From Candidatus Cloacimonadota bacterium (GTDB lineage: Bacteria > Cloacimonadota > Cloacimonadia > JGIOTU-2), in contig JBNGBT010000008.1 of the NCBI GenBank assembly GCA_049903315.1, positions 32,001 through 96,000 on the forward strand: DNA of 64,000 bases, given 5' to 3'. The notes beneath the pieces were generated by a model. The model made no database searches. It was not told the origin of the DNA and saw only the letters and a program-made list of their open reading frames with translations. Below are positions 10,081-18,839 of the stretch, piece after piece (within the stretch, counting starts at the first letter, position 1; every line of letters begins with the position of its first letter). The translations under genes were made by a program, and so were the position numbers.

Positions 10081-11295
10081 TTATGAATATGTAAGAAGCT
10101 GCTCCATTCTCTTTCTATTATTGGAGTAGTTTAGAGCCACTTCTTTTGTGATTTCACCTTTCTTGTAGAGATTGAAAAGGTCTTGTTCCAGGGTTATCAT
10201 CCCATATTTCTTACCTTCAGTGATCATCTGGTAGATTTCACTAATGTTTTGATTTCGAATCGCAGCTTTAACAGAAGGGGTTACAGAAAGAATTTCTTTT
10301 GCGAGACTTCGTTTACCTTCTTTATTTGGAACTAATTTTTGTGAAAGTATTACAGAGAGTGTATCAGCAAGACGGAGACGAATTCGTTCTTGTTCCCGGG
10401 TTGGGAATTCGCCGACTATTCTGTGAAGACTGTCGACAGCTGAGCTTGTGTGAAGAGTAGAGAACGCTTTATGTCCGCTGTCTGTTGCTTCCAGGACTCT
10501 CGCGATAGTATCGGGATCTCTCATCTCGCCAACTATTATCACATCAGGATCCTGACGCAACGCCTGCACAACACCATTTTTAAAAGAAAGCACATCTTCC
10601 CCAACCTCTCTGTGGCGGAGTATACACCTGTCAGATTTATGAACATATTCAATAGGTGCACCGATGATAATAATATGTGCATCATTATTATGATTGTTCA
10701 TATCTATAATCGAATCCAAAGTGCTACTCTTTCCCGAACCCGTAATACCGGTAATGAGAATTAGACCTGATTTCTCATATTGCAGATCCATTCTTTGAAT
10801 GATCGGTTCAGGAAATCCGAGGACTTCAATTTTCAAGAGATTCTGATTGATTCTGCGGAAATTACCTACAAGCACATTGCTTTCATAATAGATATCACTA
10901 CGAAATCTGCTGGGACGCTCACCTTCTTCAAGAACCATTCCGACAGAAAGGTCAACATTTTTATCTTTAAAAAGAAGAACTTTCTGATCATCCGATAACA
11001 CGCTGAGAAGAATAGCGGTAACCTCATCATTATTATAATGTGGCATCTCAGCATTCGGGGATTTATTTCCGTAAATCCTGTACCAGACATTGTTGTTCGA
11101 GCCGGGTCCGCCGATATCAAGGTCAGAAGCATCTATTTCCCGCATGTACTTCAGGAGCTTGCGAAGGTGTTCATATGCCTCTTCCCGCCATGCTGCATTG
11201 TAAGTTATGATTTTATTAATGTTCTGAAAACGGCTTGTTCCAGTTAAATATTCTGGTAAACCAACAAGCATTTCCGGAGTAAATGATAAGCCCAT
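10081..11295 (-). CDS. pilT: PilT/PilU family type IV pilus retraction ATPase
   Basis: Walker A GITGSGKSST, ALRQDPDVIIVGEMRD, His box GHKAFSTLHT, GM.TLEQDL. Confidence 0.85.
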   Translation of the reverse strand: MGLSFTPEMLVGLPEYLTGTSRFQNINKIITYNAAWREEAYEHLRKLLKYMREIDASDLDIGGPGSNNNVWYRIYGNKSPNAEMPHYNNDEVTAILLSVLSDDQKVLLFKDKNVDLSVGMVLEEGERPSRFRSDIYYESNVLVGNFRRINQNLLKIEVLGFPEPIIQRMDLQYEKSGLILITGITGSGKSSTLDSIIDMNNHNNDAHIIIIGAPIEYVHKSDRCILRHREVGEDVLSFKNGVVQALRQDPDVIIVGEMRDPDTIARVLEATDSGHKAFSTLHTSSAVDSLHRIVGEFPTREQERIRLRLADTLSVILSQKLVPNKEGKRSLAKEILSVTPSVKAAIRNQNISEIYQMITEGKKYGMITLEQDLFNLYKKGEITKEVALNYSNNRKRMEQLLTYS

Positions 11296-11362
11296 AGCTG
11301 TCCTGCCTATGCTTTTTTATTGTTGATGATCATGATCACTATAAAAATCTTGTTGAAAAATA

Positions 11363-12214
11363 CTATTTCTCGCCGGTTACGAGTTTGAGCATGACAATAC
11401 GCTGAATAGATTTTCTCCATTTTGAAAAGAGACAATTAATGAGGTTGATCATGAAGCGTTTCATAAGACGTTCACCTTTGTAGGCGAAAAAGTCGAGAAG
11501 CTTCTTCCGTTCGAAAAAGCGGATTTTACACGTAGTTTCGGACCGAAGGGTCGTGAATGTTGAACTTGCAAGTATGAAGTTTTCTTCAGCCCAGCTATCG
11601 TTCTTTCGAAGGTAGTCGACAGTAGTATTGCTCAACCAGATAGAGACTTCGCCATCTTCTACCAATACGATCGAGTTGGCGTTTTCATTATCAAGAGTAA
11701 TATTTTGTCCTGCTTCGAATTTGCGTATCCTTCCAAGAGCCATGAAATCATCTTTTTCTTCTTTCGTGAAGCCGTGAAGTATTGCCGGTTCATTTTTTGT
11801 GCCTTCCGTACCTGGCTCAAAAGCTTTTTGGAGAGGACCATACAGATCTTCTCCATACTGCAATCCTTTTTTCACTGCCTCGAGAAGCTCTTCTGCATTG
11901 ATGGGTTTAGAAAGATACTGGAAGGCTCCTGCGTGAACCGCCTTGACCGCACCCTCAATGCTGGAAAATCCCGTAGTGATGATGATTACGGCAAGGGGTT
12001 GTTTTTTCTTGATGCGTTTCATGGTTTCAAGCCCGTCCAATCTCGGCATGACCATATCAACCATGTAGAGGTCAAAGTCATCATAGTTCATCTTATCAAG
12101 GCCGTCCTGTCCGTCCACAGCAAGAGTGACCTTGTAGCCCTCTTCTTCTAAGAACTCTTTGCACAGCTCTCTGATGCTTTCCTCGTCATCAATGATTAAA
12201 ATGTGTTTTTGCAT
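11363..12214 (-). CDS. Response regulator: REC plus degenerate cyclic-nucleotide-binding (Crp-like) domain
   Basis: ILIIDDE...DMVMPRLDG...KP receiver. C-terminal 'IRKFEAGQNI...SIVLVEDGEVSI...DSWAE' is cNMP-like. Confidence 0.75.
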   Translation of the reverse strand: MQKHILIIDDEESIRELCKEFLEEEGYKVTLAVDGQDGLDKMNYDDFDLYMVDMVMPRLDGLETMKRIKKKQPLAVIIITTGFSSIEGAVKAVHAGAFQYLSKPINAEELLEAVKKGLQYGEDLYGPLQKAFEPGTEGTKNEPAILHGFTKEEKDDFMALGRIRKFEAGQNITLDNENANSIVLVEDGEVSIWLSNTTVDYLRKNDSWAEENFILASSTFTTLRSETTCKIRFFERKKLLDFFAYKGERLMKRFMINLINCLFSKWRKSIQRIVMLKLVTGEK

Positions 12215-12231
12215 ATACTAACCTGCTATAT

Positions 12232-13131
12232 TTATTTATTTCTCGCGTTCTTTATAAGAGTAAGACGTTTTAATTCTTGCAAACGGGCGAGGATGCCATT
12301 GATCTTATTTATAGCTTCCGAAATCTGATTGCTAGACTTGTGAAGTTTTTCATCATTGTATTCACTCGCTGCTTTTTTTACTCTGCTGAGTGAAAGCGAA
12401 ATAATACTCAGAGGATTATTGATATCATGATCTATACCTGCAAGAGATGCTGATACTGCAACAACTTCCTGATAGTCCTTCAACATTTTTTCATCCGAAA
12501 CGATCCTGCTTTCCTTATCTTTAAGGAAATCTTCCTGGTTTTTAAGTTTGTCATTCGCCTCGAGTACCTTGAGTGAGAGCTGTCTGACCATACCACTAAT
12601 GTAGCTCGAAATGAAAGCAATCACAGTAAACAGCCCGGTGTAAGAAATAAGAAAGATCGTTTGGGTTGCCACATCAGGATCATAGGCTAGCCCGTTAACA
12701 GGGCTCAGCAAACCAAAGTTATAACAAAGTATAAGAAGCAATAAGCTCATGCTTCCTATCATTGCAGCTATAAATCCACCTGCTTTTTCGATTGATAAAC
12801 TTGCAGTGACAACCGCCACAAGGTATATCCAAACGAAAGAGCTTTCGAGACCACCGGTAAGATGAACAACGATCGTGCCAAAAATAATATCAAGTATTAT
12901 TTGCGCTGCCCCAACCAGGTTGCTCGATGTAATTATTTGAAGATGAAACAGTATATTCAGCACACTGATGCCGAGAAATGCCCCGACAAAAGCGATTATA
13001 GGAACGGTTTGATGTACCATACCTATGCGAAGGAGACCGATCGCAAAAAGTATGAGTACAATAAACCAGCGAATCTTCAACCACCAGGAAAACATGAGTT
13101 TTTCCGAGTCTAATAATCTTATTTGCTCCAT
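12232..13131 (-). CDS. PilS-like membrane sensor with HisKA (DHp) domain but no HATPase domain
   Basis: About 6 TMs with PilS-type 'WLKIRW...DIIFGTIVVHLTGGLESSF', coiled coil and H-box HDINNPLSII. Protein ends with no N/G1/F/G2 boxes. Confidence 0.7.
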   Translation of the reverse strand: MEQIRLLDSEKLMFSWWLKIRWFIVLILFAIGLLRIGMVHQTVPIIAFVGAFLGISVLNILFHLQIITSSNLVGAAQIILDIIFGTIVVHLTGGLESSFVWIYLVAVVTASLSIEKAGGFIAAMIGSMSLLLLILCYNFGLLSPVNGLAYDPDVATQTIFLISYTGLFTVIAFISSYISGMVRQLSLKVLEANDKLKNQEDFLKDKESRIVSDEKMLKDYQEVVAVSASLAGIDHDINNPLSIISLSLSRVKKAASEYNDEKLHKSSNQISEAINKINGILARLQELKRLTLIKNARNK

Positions 13132-13155
13132 ATGTCTATCCTTATATGTTTTTTT

Positions 13156-14046
13156 TTATCCTTCATTCCATTCAAATATTTCAATTGATATATCTATTGG
13201 AAAAGCATTAAAGGCATCTCTCACGACATCTGCGTCGAAGGATACCTCGGCATGAGCCCCCAATGATGAATCACCAATCACATACACTGCGCCGGTTATA
13301 TTGGAATGCGCACCAAAATTCACATCACCAAAAACAACTAAAATGCCACTAAAATCAATTTGAGCTGTTGCATTAAGATCTCCATTAATAATGAGGATCC
13401 CTGCACCAGACCAGAAAGATTGAACACGTAAATTGTTGTCCATCCAGGTCAGGCTATCGGGCATTGGTTCATTATTCGCAGGAGTTTCTATGTATGAGCC
13501 CAAGGACACACACTCATCCATAATTTCTTGTTCTGTAAAACCGAAAACCTCTTCAAAATTGAATATGGAATCTTCAACAACAGTTCCATTTACTACAGCA
13601 TGAGCTTTAATCGTTATTGAGCCGCCAGTGACAATTGCAGCAGTTATATTAGAAACAGTTCCTTCGTCGGTATAAAATCCAAATCGTGCAAATGCGTGAT
13701 GAGTTGCATGAGATTCAAGCTCTTGATAGCTTACATAAGAATCCAAACGTACCGTACCACCGGACATTCTGGAATAGGTGATACTATCAATCGAGCCGTC
13801 AAAAACATTCATTGGCACGAAGTTATCAATCGAACCGTGAGTACTGTCCGTAAATGTGACATTTCCTTTGAGAAGTTCGCTCATACCATACTGAAGAGCA
13901 TAATTCGAAAGAGATCGTGCTTGACTGTTTGCAACATCATCGGTGACAATCACCGGCACTTTATCGCTACCCTTGCTGCTTGAGACAACGATTACTACTA
14001 CTATAGCGAGTAGTAGAAGCGAAATGATAAGGATAGCTTTTCCCAT
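13156..14046 (-). CDS. PilX-like minor pilin with C-terminal beta-helix/solenoid
   Basis: MGKAILIISLLLL hydrophobic N-helix, 'QARSLSNYALQYGMSEL' PilX-type segment, GILIINGDL/FSGILVVFG repeats, terminal 'EIFEWNE'. Confidence 0.65.
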   Translation of the reverse strand: MGKAILIISLLLLAIVVVIVVSSSKGSDKVPVIVTDDVANSQARSLSNYALQYGMSELLKGNVTFTDSTHGSIDNFVPMNVFDGSIDSITYSRMSGGTVRLDSYVSYQELESHATHHAFARFGFYTDEGTVSNITAAIVTGGSITIKAHAVVNGTVVEDSIFNFEEVFGFTEQEIMDECVSLGSYIETPANNEPMPDSLTWMDNNLRVQSFWSGAGILIINGDLNATAQIDFSGILVVFGDVNFGAHSNITGAVYVIGDSSLGAHAEVSFDADVVRDAFNAFPIDISIEIFEWNEG

Positions 14047-14050
14047 GATA

Positions 14051-15961
14051 TTACGGCATCCAGTAAAGTATCTCTATATCCTCGAGCTCACCTGCTTCTG
14101 CTGATTCCTCGTCCATTGGTTCAGGTTCGGACTCTGGCTCTGGTTCAGGTTCGGGAAGTCCCGGATCGGGTGAAACTGTCGGTTCATTACAGATTATCTC
14201 AATCCACCAATGACCCATTGCGTTGCCGGGTCCTCCGACATTTCTCAAATTAACTGTCATATCATCTGAGGTTATAGTATAGGTAGTCCCTGTTGCCATA
14301 GAAATTACTGTTTCATTCACAATAATAGTATTTCCACCGGATTTAGCACGCAATCGAATTTCAGTAGCTGCTCCAGCATAGGTATACGATGAACCACCTG
14401 ATAGAAGTGTTGCTCTATCAATCTGACCGCTTGGTGTTTGCATTCTGAAACTTCGTGAGGAGTTGTTTGTAGGATTGATATTAAGATCAGCTTCCATTGA
14501 GAGTGCTGGAGTTTCTTCTTCATCTTCAGGTTCTCCGCCACCATCTACTTCATCACCGCCACCGGAATAGCTGACGAGAATTGTTGCAAAGCTTGTATGA
14601 TCATTTTCGTTCCCATATTCATCTTCACTGACAAGAGCTGTGATATCAACCTGTACAGTATATGCACCAGTCACAACAGGGGTTTCTTCTTCAGTGTCCT
14701 CGATGTCGGGAACAGGATCTGTCCAGCTGGTACTTGCAGTTATATTTCCACTTCCGGTAATACTAAGAGTGTTTGCTACAAGTATGCCGCTGATACTTCC
14801 GGATCCGGTAATTGAAGCTGCTGCATTTGGTGCATACAGAGCTCGAACATATGCATTTGCCGCTCCGTTCACATCAAGCGTAGAACCTCCGCATATGATG
14901 TGACCCGTAATACCTCCAGAGCCGCCGATACGAAGATTAGCAGATTCGATATACATAGAGCCATTGTACGTCGTGGCGCCAGCAAGATTAATATCTGTTG
15001 CACCGGAATAGTACATGTGAACCTTGCTTGCGTCTCCACCGGTATTTATGATGCTGCTTCCTGTGAGGGAAAATGAGTTTTCAACATAAAATATCAAATT
15101 GCCGGTTCCCTGGAGTTCAATAAAACCCTGTCCAACACTCAAGGTGCCAACAACGATCCTTCTCGTTCCGGAGCCGACATCTATAGTAATTGTTCGTCCA
15201 CTCGTAGCGCTGATAGAGGAATAATATCCATCATCATCAATAAGATAAACACCAGAAGAAGACCATGGCGTACTGAAGGCACCCCGGTCAGTAAGCTCGG
15301 GGAAGTCCGGATATGTGGGAAGTGGATATGTGCGGGCTGCAGGAAGATTCGAAATGGTTCCGGTAATATTATCTTCAGGGGTGCGCCCCCAGCCGGCTGA
15401 GTTTATCACGTCATTATAGTCAGCACCAGGACCGACATAAAAATCTCCATCCACCTGAGTACTCCATGCAAAATTGACACTGTTTGTGGCAGTGGAATTC
15501 GTTCCTGTCGTTCCGTCGATGCTTGCACTGCCACTAAGAGTAATAGCACCGTTTGAAAAGATCATATCTAGAGCTGGTATGGTAACAGATTCCCCTTCCT
15601 CTTCCTCCTCTTCTTCCTCTCCTTCTTCACCTCCTCCTTCTGTTGTTACGGGGTCTCCAAAATCATAGGTGATCATATCTATACTTCCGTCAAGAGCAGG
15701 AACATCAAAAAATGCATAATGGTACGAGCCACTTTCGTCATCAAAAATAGATGAGTTTGACTCGGTGATAACTTCGTTACGGACCTGTTTAATAGCCCAC
15801 TTGAGTGCATATGCCCCGAGATTTATAAGATCTGACCGCACTTCTTTTTGTGAGATCTTTTCAGGAATCACATCAGCTTTTCGTTCAACAGAGAGAGTAA
15901 CAGACGCAATAACGACGATAACAGCAAGAAGTAATGCCATTATTAAAACTGCTTTGCCCAT
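14051..15961 (-). CDS. Large PilX-like minor pilin/adhesin with inserted beta-solenoid domain and acidic linkers
   Basis: ATG at 15961 follows AGGAGG. MGKAVLIMALLL N-helix paralogous to 13156-14046. G/S-rich 'GSMYIESANL..GGSG..GALYAPNA' repeats, poly-E and PEPE linkers, terminal 'EILYW'. Confidence 0.65.
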   Translation of the reverse strand: MGKAVLIMALLLAVIVVIASVTLSVERKADVIPEKISQKEVRSDLINLGAYALKWAIKQVRNEVITESNSSIFDDESGSYHYAFFDVPALDGSIDMITYDFGDPVTTEGGGEEGEEEEEEEEGESVTIPALDMIFSNGAITLSGSASIDGTTGTNSTATNSVNFAWSTQVDGDFYVGPGADYNDVINSAGWGRTPEDNITGTISNLPAARTYPLPTYPDFPELTDRGAFSTPWSSSGVYLIDDDGYYSSISATSGRTITIDVGSGTRRIVVGTLSVGQGFIELQGTGNLIFYVENSFSLTGSSIINTGGDASKVHMYYSGATDINLAGATTYNGSMYIESANLRIGGSGGITGHIICGGSTLDVNGAANAYVRALYAPNAAASITGSGSISGILVANTLSITGSGNITASTSWTDPVPDIEDTEEETPVVTGAYTVQVDITALVSEDEYGNENDHTSFATILVSYSGGGDEVDGGGEPEDEEETPALSMEADLNINPTNNSSRSFRMQTPSGQIDRATLLSGGSSYTYAGAATEIRLRAKSGGNTIIVNETVISMATGTTYTITSDDMTVNLRNVGGPGNAMGHWWIEIICNEPTVSPDPGLPEPEPEPESEPEPMDEESAEAGELEDIEILYWMP

Positions 15962-16050
15962 GGGCACCTCCTGACCAAAAATTTTTTTCTTCCAGCAAAA
16001 AACAACTTATTTTGCCTTTTTGTCAATACTTTTAATAATTATTATAAATA

Positions 16051-16599
16051 CTATATATATAGATTCTTAAAATATTTCCAAATTTGGATACGATGCAGGA
16101 TAAATCTTTTATCAATATCTTCACGAAAGGTATCATATTGAAATTCCATAATCATTTGAACATAGCGAACAAGAGAATCAGCTGGATTAGGATTATCATT
16201 GACATCATAATAAGTGAACTGAATACCAAAATCCGAGAGCTCAAATGGACCAAGAACAGGTGTGACACTTCCGTCAACATAAACAGCGAGTTGTTTATTA
16301 TCGGCAAGATCTTCCTGTGCCATATTCACAATATGCCTGGCGCCGCCCACACTATCAGCATAGGAAAAGGTAAAGAGCGTATCCTGTGTAGAGATGACAG
16401 CAGAATCTGCAACACCAGCTCCCACGAGAGAAAGATAACTCTCTATTACTGATACAACATCTTCAGAGATTTCGACCAACTCAATCTGTTCATTTATATT
16501 AACACCGGCTGCATGAAGATTAATAATTGATGTGATCATAGTAAGAATGAAAATTCCACCAATTATTGTTGCACCAATTGCTTCTAATATCGCAGCCAT
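16051..16599 (-). CDS. PilW-like minor pilin (leaderless)
   Basis: N-terminal hydrophobic helix MAAILEAIGATIIGGIFIL. C-terminal 'IQFTYYDVNDN...VRYVQM...KNL' typical of PilW/GspJ-like proteins. Operon context. Confidence 0.6.
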   Translation of the reverse strand: MAAILEAIGATIIGGIFILTMITSIINLHAAGVNINEQIELVEISEDVVSVIESYLSLVGAGVADSAVISTQDTLFTFSYADSVGGARHIVNMAQEDLADNKQLAVYVDGSVTPVLGPFELSDFGIQFTYYDVNDNPNPADSLVRYVQMIMEFQYDTFREDIDKRFILHRIQIWKYFKNLYI

Positions 16600-16601
16600 A
16601 A

Positions 16602-17036
16602 TTAATAATATAAATCCACAAACACTTTGCTTATTGGATATTGCGGCATACCGATCCAGAGAGTATCACCATCCGGATGGAGAGCCCACATGCTCATATC
16701 AACCCGAATAAATTCGGGAGTTACTGTAGCCGTGTCAGCTCCGGTTACTGTGCAGGGAGTTGTAGTAATGTTAAGATGATAAACCAAATCAGACACAGTT
16801 AGAGAATCGGAGCGACCATTATATGAGGTCTGAAGTCCATCAAATGGTAAAATGTTACCCAAAATCTTTGCCTCTATCTCTTGAAAGTATTTATCAAGTA
16901 TTTTTTGTCCGTTTAAAAGATACATTCCTTTATATGCAAGATCAGCCTGGTCGAAAAGGCTATTATATGTTGTCAGATATATGGTGGAAAACAGTACCAT
17001 TGCAAGAAGGATAAGGAATATCTGTCCGTAGGTCAT
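16602..17036 (-). CDS. PilV-like minor pilin (leaderless)
   Basis: MTYGQIFLILLAMVLFS hydrophobic helix followed by amphipathic helix '..GQKILDKYFQEIEAK'. Directly downstream of pilB. Confidence 0.55.
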   Translation of the reverse strand: MTYGQIFLILLAMVLFSTIYLTTYNSLFDQADLAYKGMYLLNGQKILDKYFQEIEAKILGNILPFDGLQTSYNGRSDSLTVSDLVYHLNITTTPCTVTGADTATVTPEFIRVDMSMWALHPDGDTLWIGMPQYPISKVFVDLYY

Positions 17037-17038
17037 TA

Positions 17039-18823
17039 TTAACCCTCAGATGTCGCATAGGACACTTCAGAAACTGATGTCAGCCCTTTGCGTATCCTAT
17101 CCAATCCTGAATCAAGAAGAGAAAGCATGCCCTGTGTTTCTGCAATTTTGCGTATTTTGTCTTCATCGATATCATCGCCGGATTCCATGATAGCTTTTCG
17201 TATTTCATCTGTGAAGTAGAGTGCCTCGCAGATATTTACACGGCCTTTATAACCGTTCATGCATTTTTTGCAGCCATTACCGGCTTCATACACTAAGCCC
17301 TTTTTTAGATCTTCTTCTGTCAGTCCAAGTTCAAGAGCTCCTTTATACTTGTCTCGGGAAAGAGGGCGTCTACACTCTGGACAGAGTTTTCTTACCAGAC
17401 GCTGGGCGATAATTATGTTCATTGCATAGGCAAGAAGGAAGGTTTCGACCCCCATTTTATAAAGCCGTGATATTGCACTTGGTGCATCATTTGTATGAAG
17501 TGTAGAGAATGTTAAATGACCCGTGTTTGCCAATTTTACGGCTACATCAGCAGTGATCTTATCGCGGATCTCACCCACCATTACAATATCAGGGTCATGA
17601 CGGAGAATTGAACGAATCGCCTGATCAAAGGTCATTTTTGCGCCGATCTTTAATTGTCGTGCTCCTTTGATAACATACTCAACCGGGTCTTCACAGGTGA
17701 GCACATTTTTGGAGGGATCAATCACATGATGAAGGGCAGCCATAAGAGTCGTACTTTTACCACTGCCGGTAGGACCAGTGAGTAAAATAATCCCTTTGGA
17801 TTTATTAACAGCCTTGAGGAAATCTGATTCCGCCTGTTTTTGTAGACCCAATTTTTGAAGATCAGTAATTACATTTCGGTCATCAATAACACGGATCACA
17901 ATACTTTCAAACCGGCGTTCATACTCAGAAGAAATAATTGGAAGCACAGACACACGAAAACGGATCAAATAACCGTCAACAATTCGCTGCGCAAAACCAT
18001 CCTGAGCATTGTCTCTTTCAAACCTATCGATTCCGCTTGTTCGGTCTTTCACAACTGCGGCAATAGCTTCAGGAGAGGTTTTTTCCTGGCGGTGCCATTG
18101 AATCAGTTTGCCATCAACACGGAACAGAAAATCAACATTGGAACGTTGATAAGGTATGATATGAATATCACTTGCCCCTTTTCGAACTGCCTCGATAAGG
18201 CTTCCTTCAAAAAGGTTGACGAGTAAGCTTTTGTTGATCTCATCATCAAGAGCATATTCGTCTAGCCCCTCTTCTTTTCCTTCTTCCGGAACTTCCTCGA
18301 TCTGCTCGCCGGCTTCACTGAGAATTTCCAAAAATTCGTTTTTTTGAGGAGCGATTATCTTTATGAGTTCCTCGACAGTAGATAAAGGGCAGTAGGCTAC
18401 CTCGTATTTTTTAAACTCAGTATTCAGCGGGATTTTTTCCACAATTTTATCAGTCGGATCAGCAGCAAGAATCACTAAAGTAGTGCGTCTTCCTTGTGCG
18501 ATTTGATAAGGAAGCACCTTCCTATACAGCAATTCACGTTTCAGATCATCAGGAAACTTTGAAAGTATATCTCTCGTATGTTTTATTTGAGTTTGATCCA
18601 GCTTATCTACATTGATTTCTACTTTTCTAAAAGCATAAAGATCGGCAAGAAGTCCATAGACATCATCATGTTTGACCTTAAGGTCAGCAACCAGAATGTC
18701 CTCCAATCTTCTGGGATTGGATGGATCTTCATCTGCCTGAATGATAAGAGCTTTATTTAAGACATCTTTATCAATAACGCCTTTATCAACTAATAGTTTG
18801 CCTAAGCGTGATTTTCCTAACAT
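17039..18823 (-). CDS. pilB: PilB/GspE assembly ATPase with N-terminal MshEN (c-di-GMP-binding) motif
   Basis: RLGKLLVDKGVIDKDVLNKALIIQ (MshEN), ASDIHI, GPTGSGKSTT, TCEDPVEY, LRHDPDIVMVGEIRD, tetracysteine CPEC/CKKC. Confidence 0.92.
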   Translation of the reverse strand: MLGKSRLGKLLVDKGVIDKDVLNKALIIQADEDPSNPRRLEDILVADLKVKHDDVYGLLADLYAFRKVEINVDKLDQTQIKHTRDILSKFPDDLKRELLYRKVLPYQIAQGRRTTLVILAADPTDKIVEKIPLNTEFKKYEVAYCPLSTVEELIKIIAPQKNEFLEILSEAGEQIEEVPEEGKEEGLDEYALDDEINKSLLVNLFEGSLIEAVRKGASDIHIIPYQRSNVDFLFRVDGKLIQWHRQEKTSPEAIAAVVKDRTSGIDRFERDNAQDGFAQRIVDGYLIRFRVSVLPIISSEYERRFESIVIRVIDDRNVITDLQKLGLQKQAESDFLKAVNKSKGIILLTGPTGSGKSTTLMAALHHVIDPSKNVLTCEDPVEYVIKGARQLKIGAKMTFDQAIRSILRHDPDIVMVGEIRDKITADVAVKLANTGHLTFSTLHTNDAPSAISRLYKMGVETFLLAYAMNIIIAQRLVRKLCPECRRPLSRDKYKGALELGLTEEDLKKGLVYEAGNGCKKCMNGYKGRVNICEALYFTDEIRKAIMESGDDIDEDKIRKIAETQGMLSLLDSGLDRIRKGLTSVSEVSYATSEG

Positions 18824-18839
18824 ATATTTTCCTTAACTA

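Noticed and set aside
15590..15640. Low-complexity CTT/CCT tract as a contingency repeat
   Set aside because: In-frame, mixed-codon poly-Glu linker, not a phase-variable SSR.
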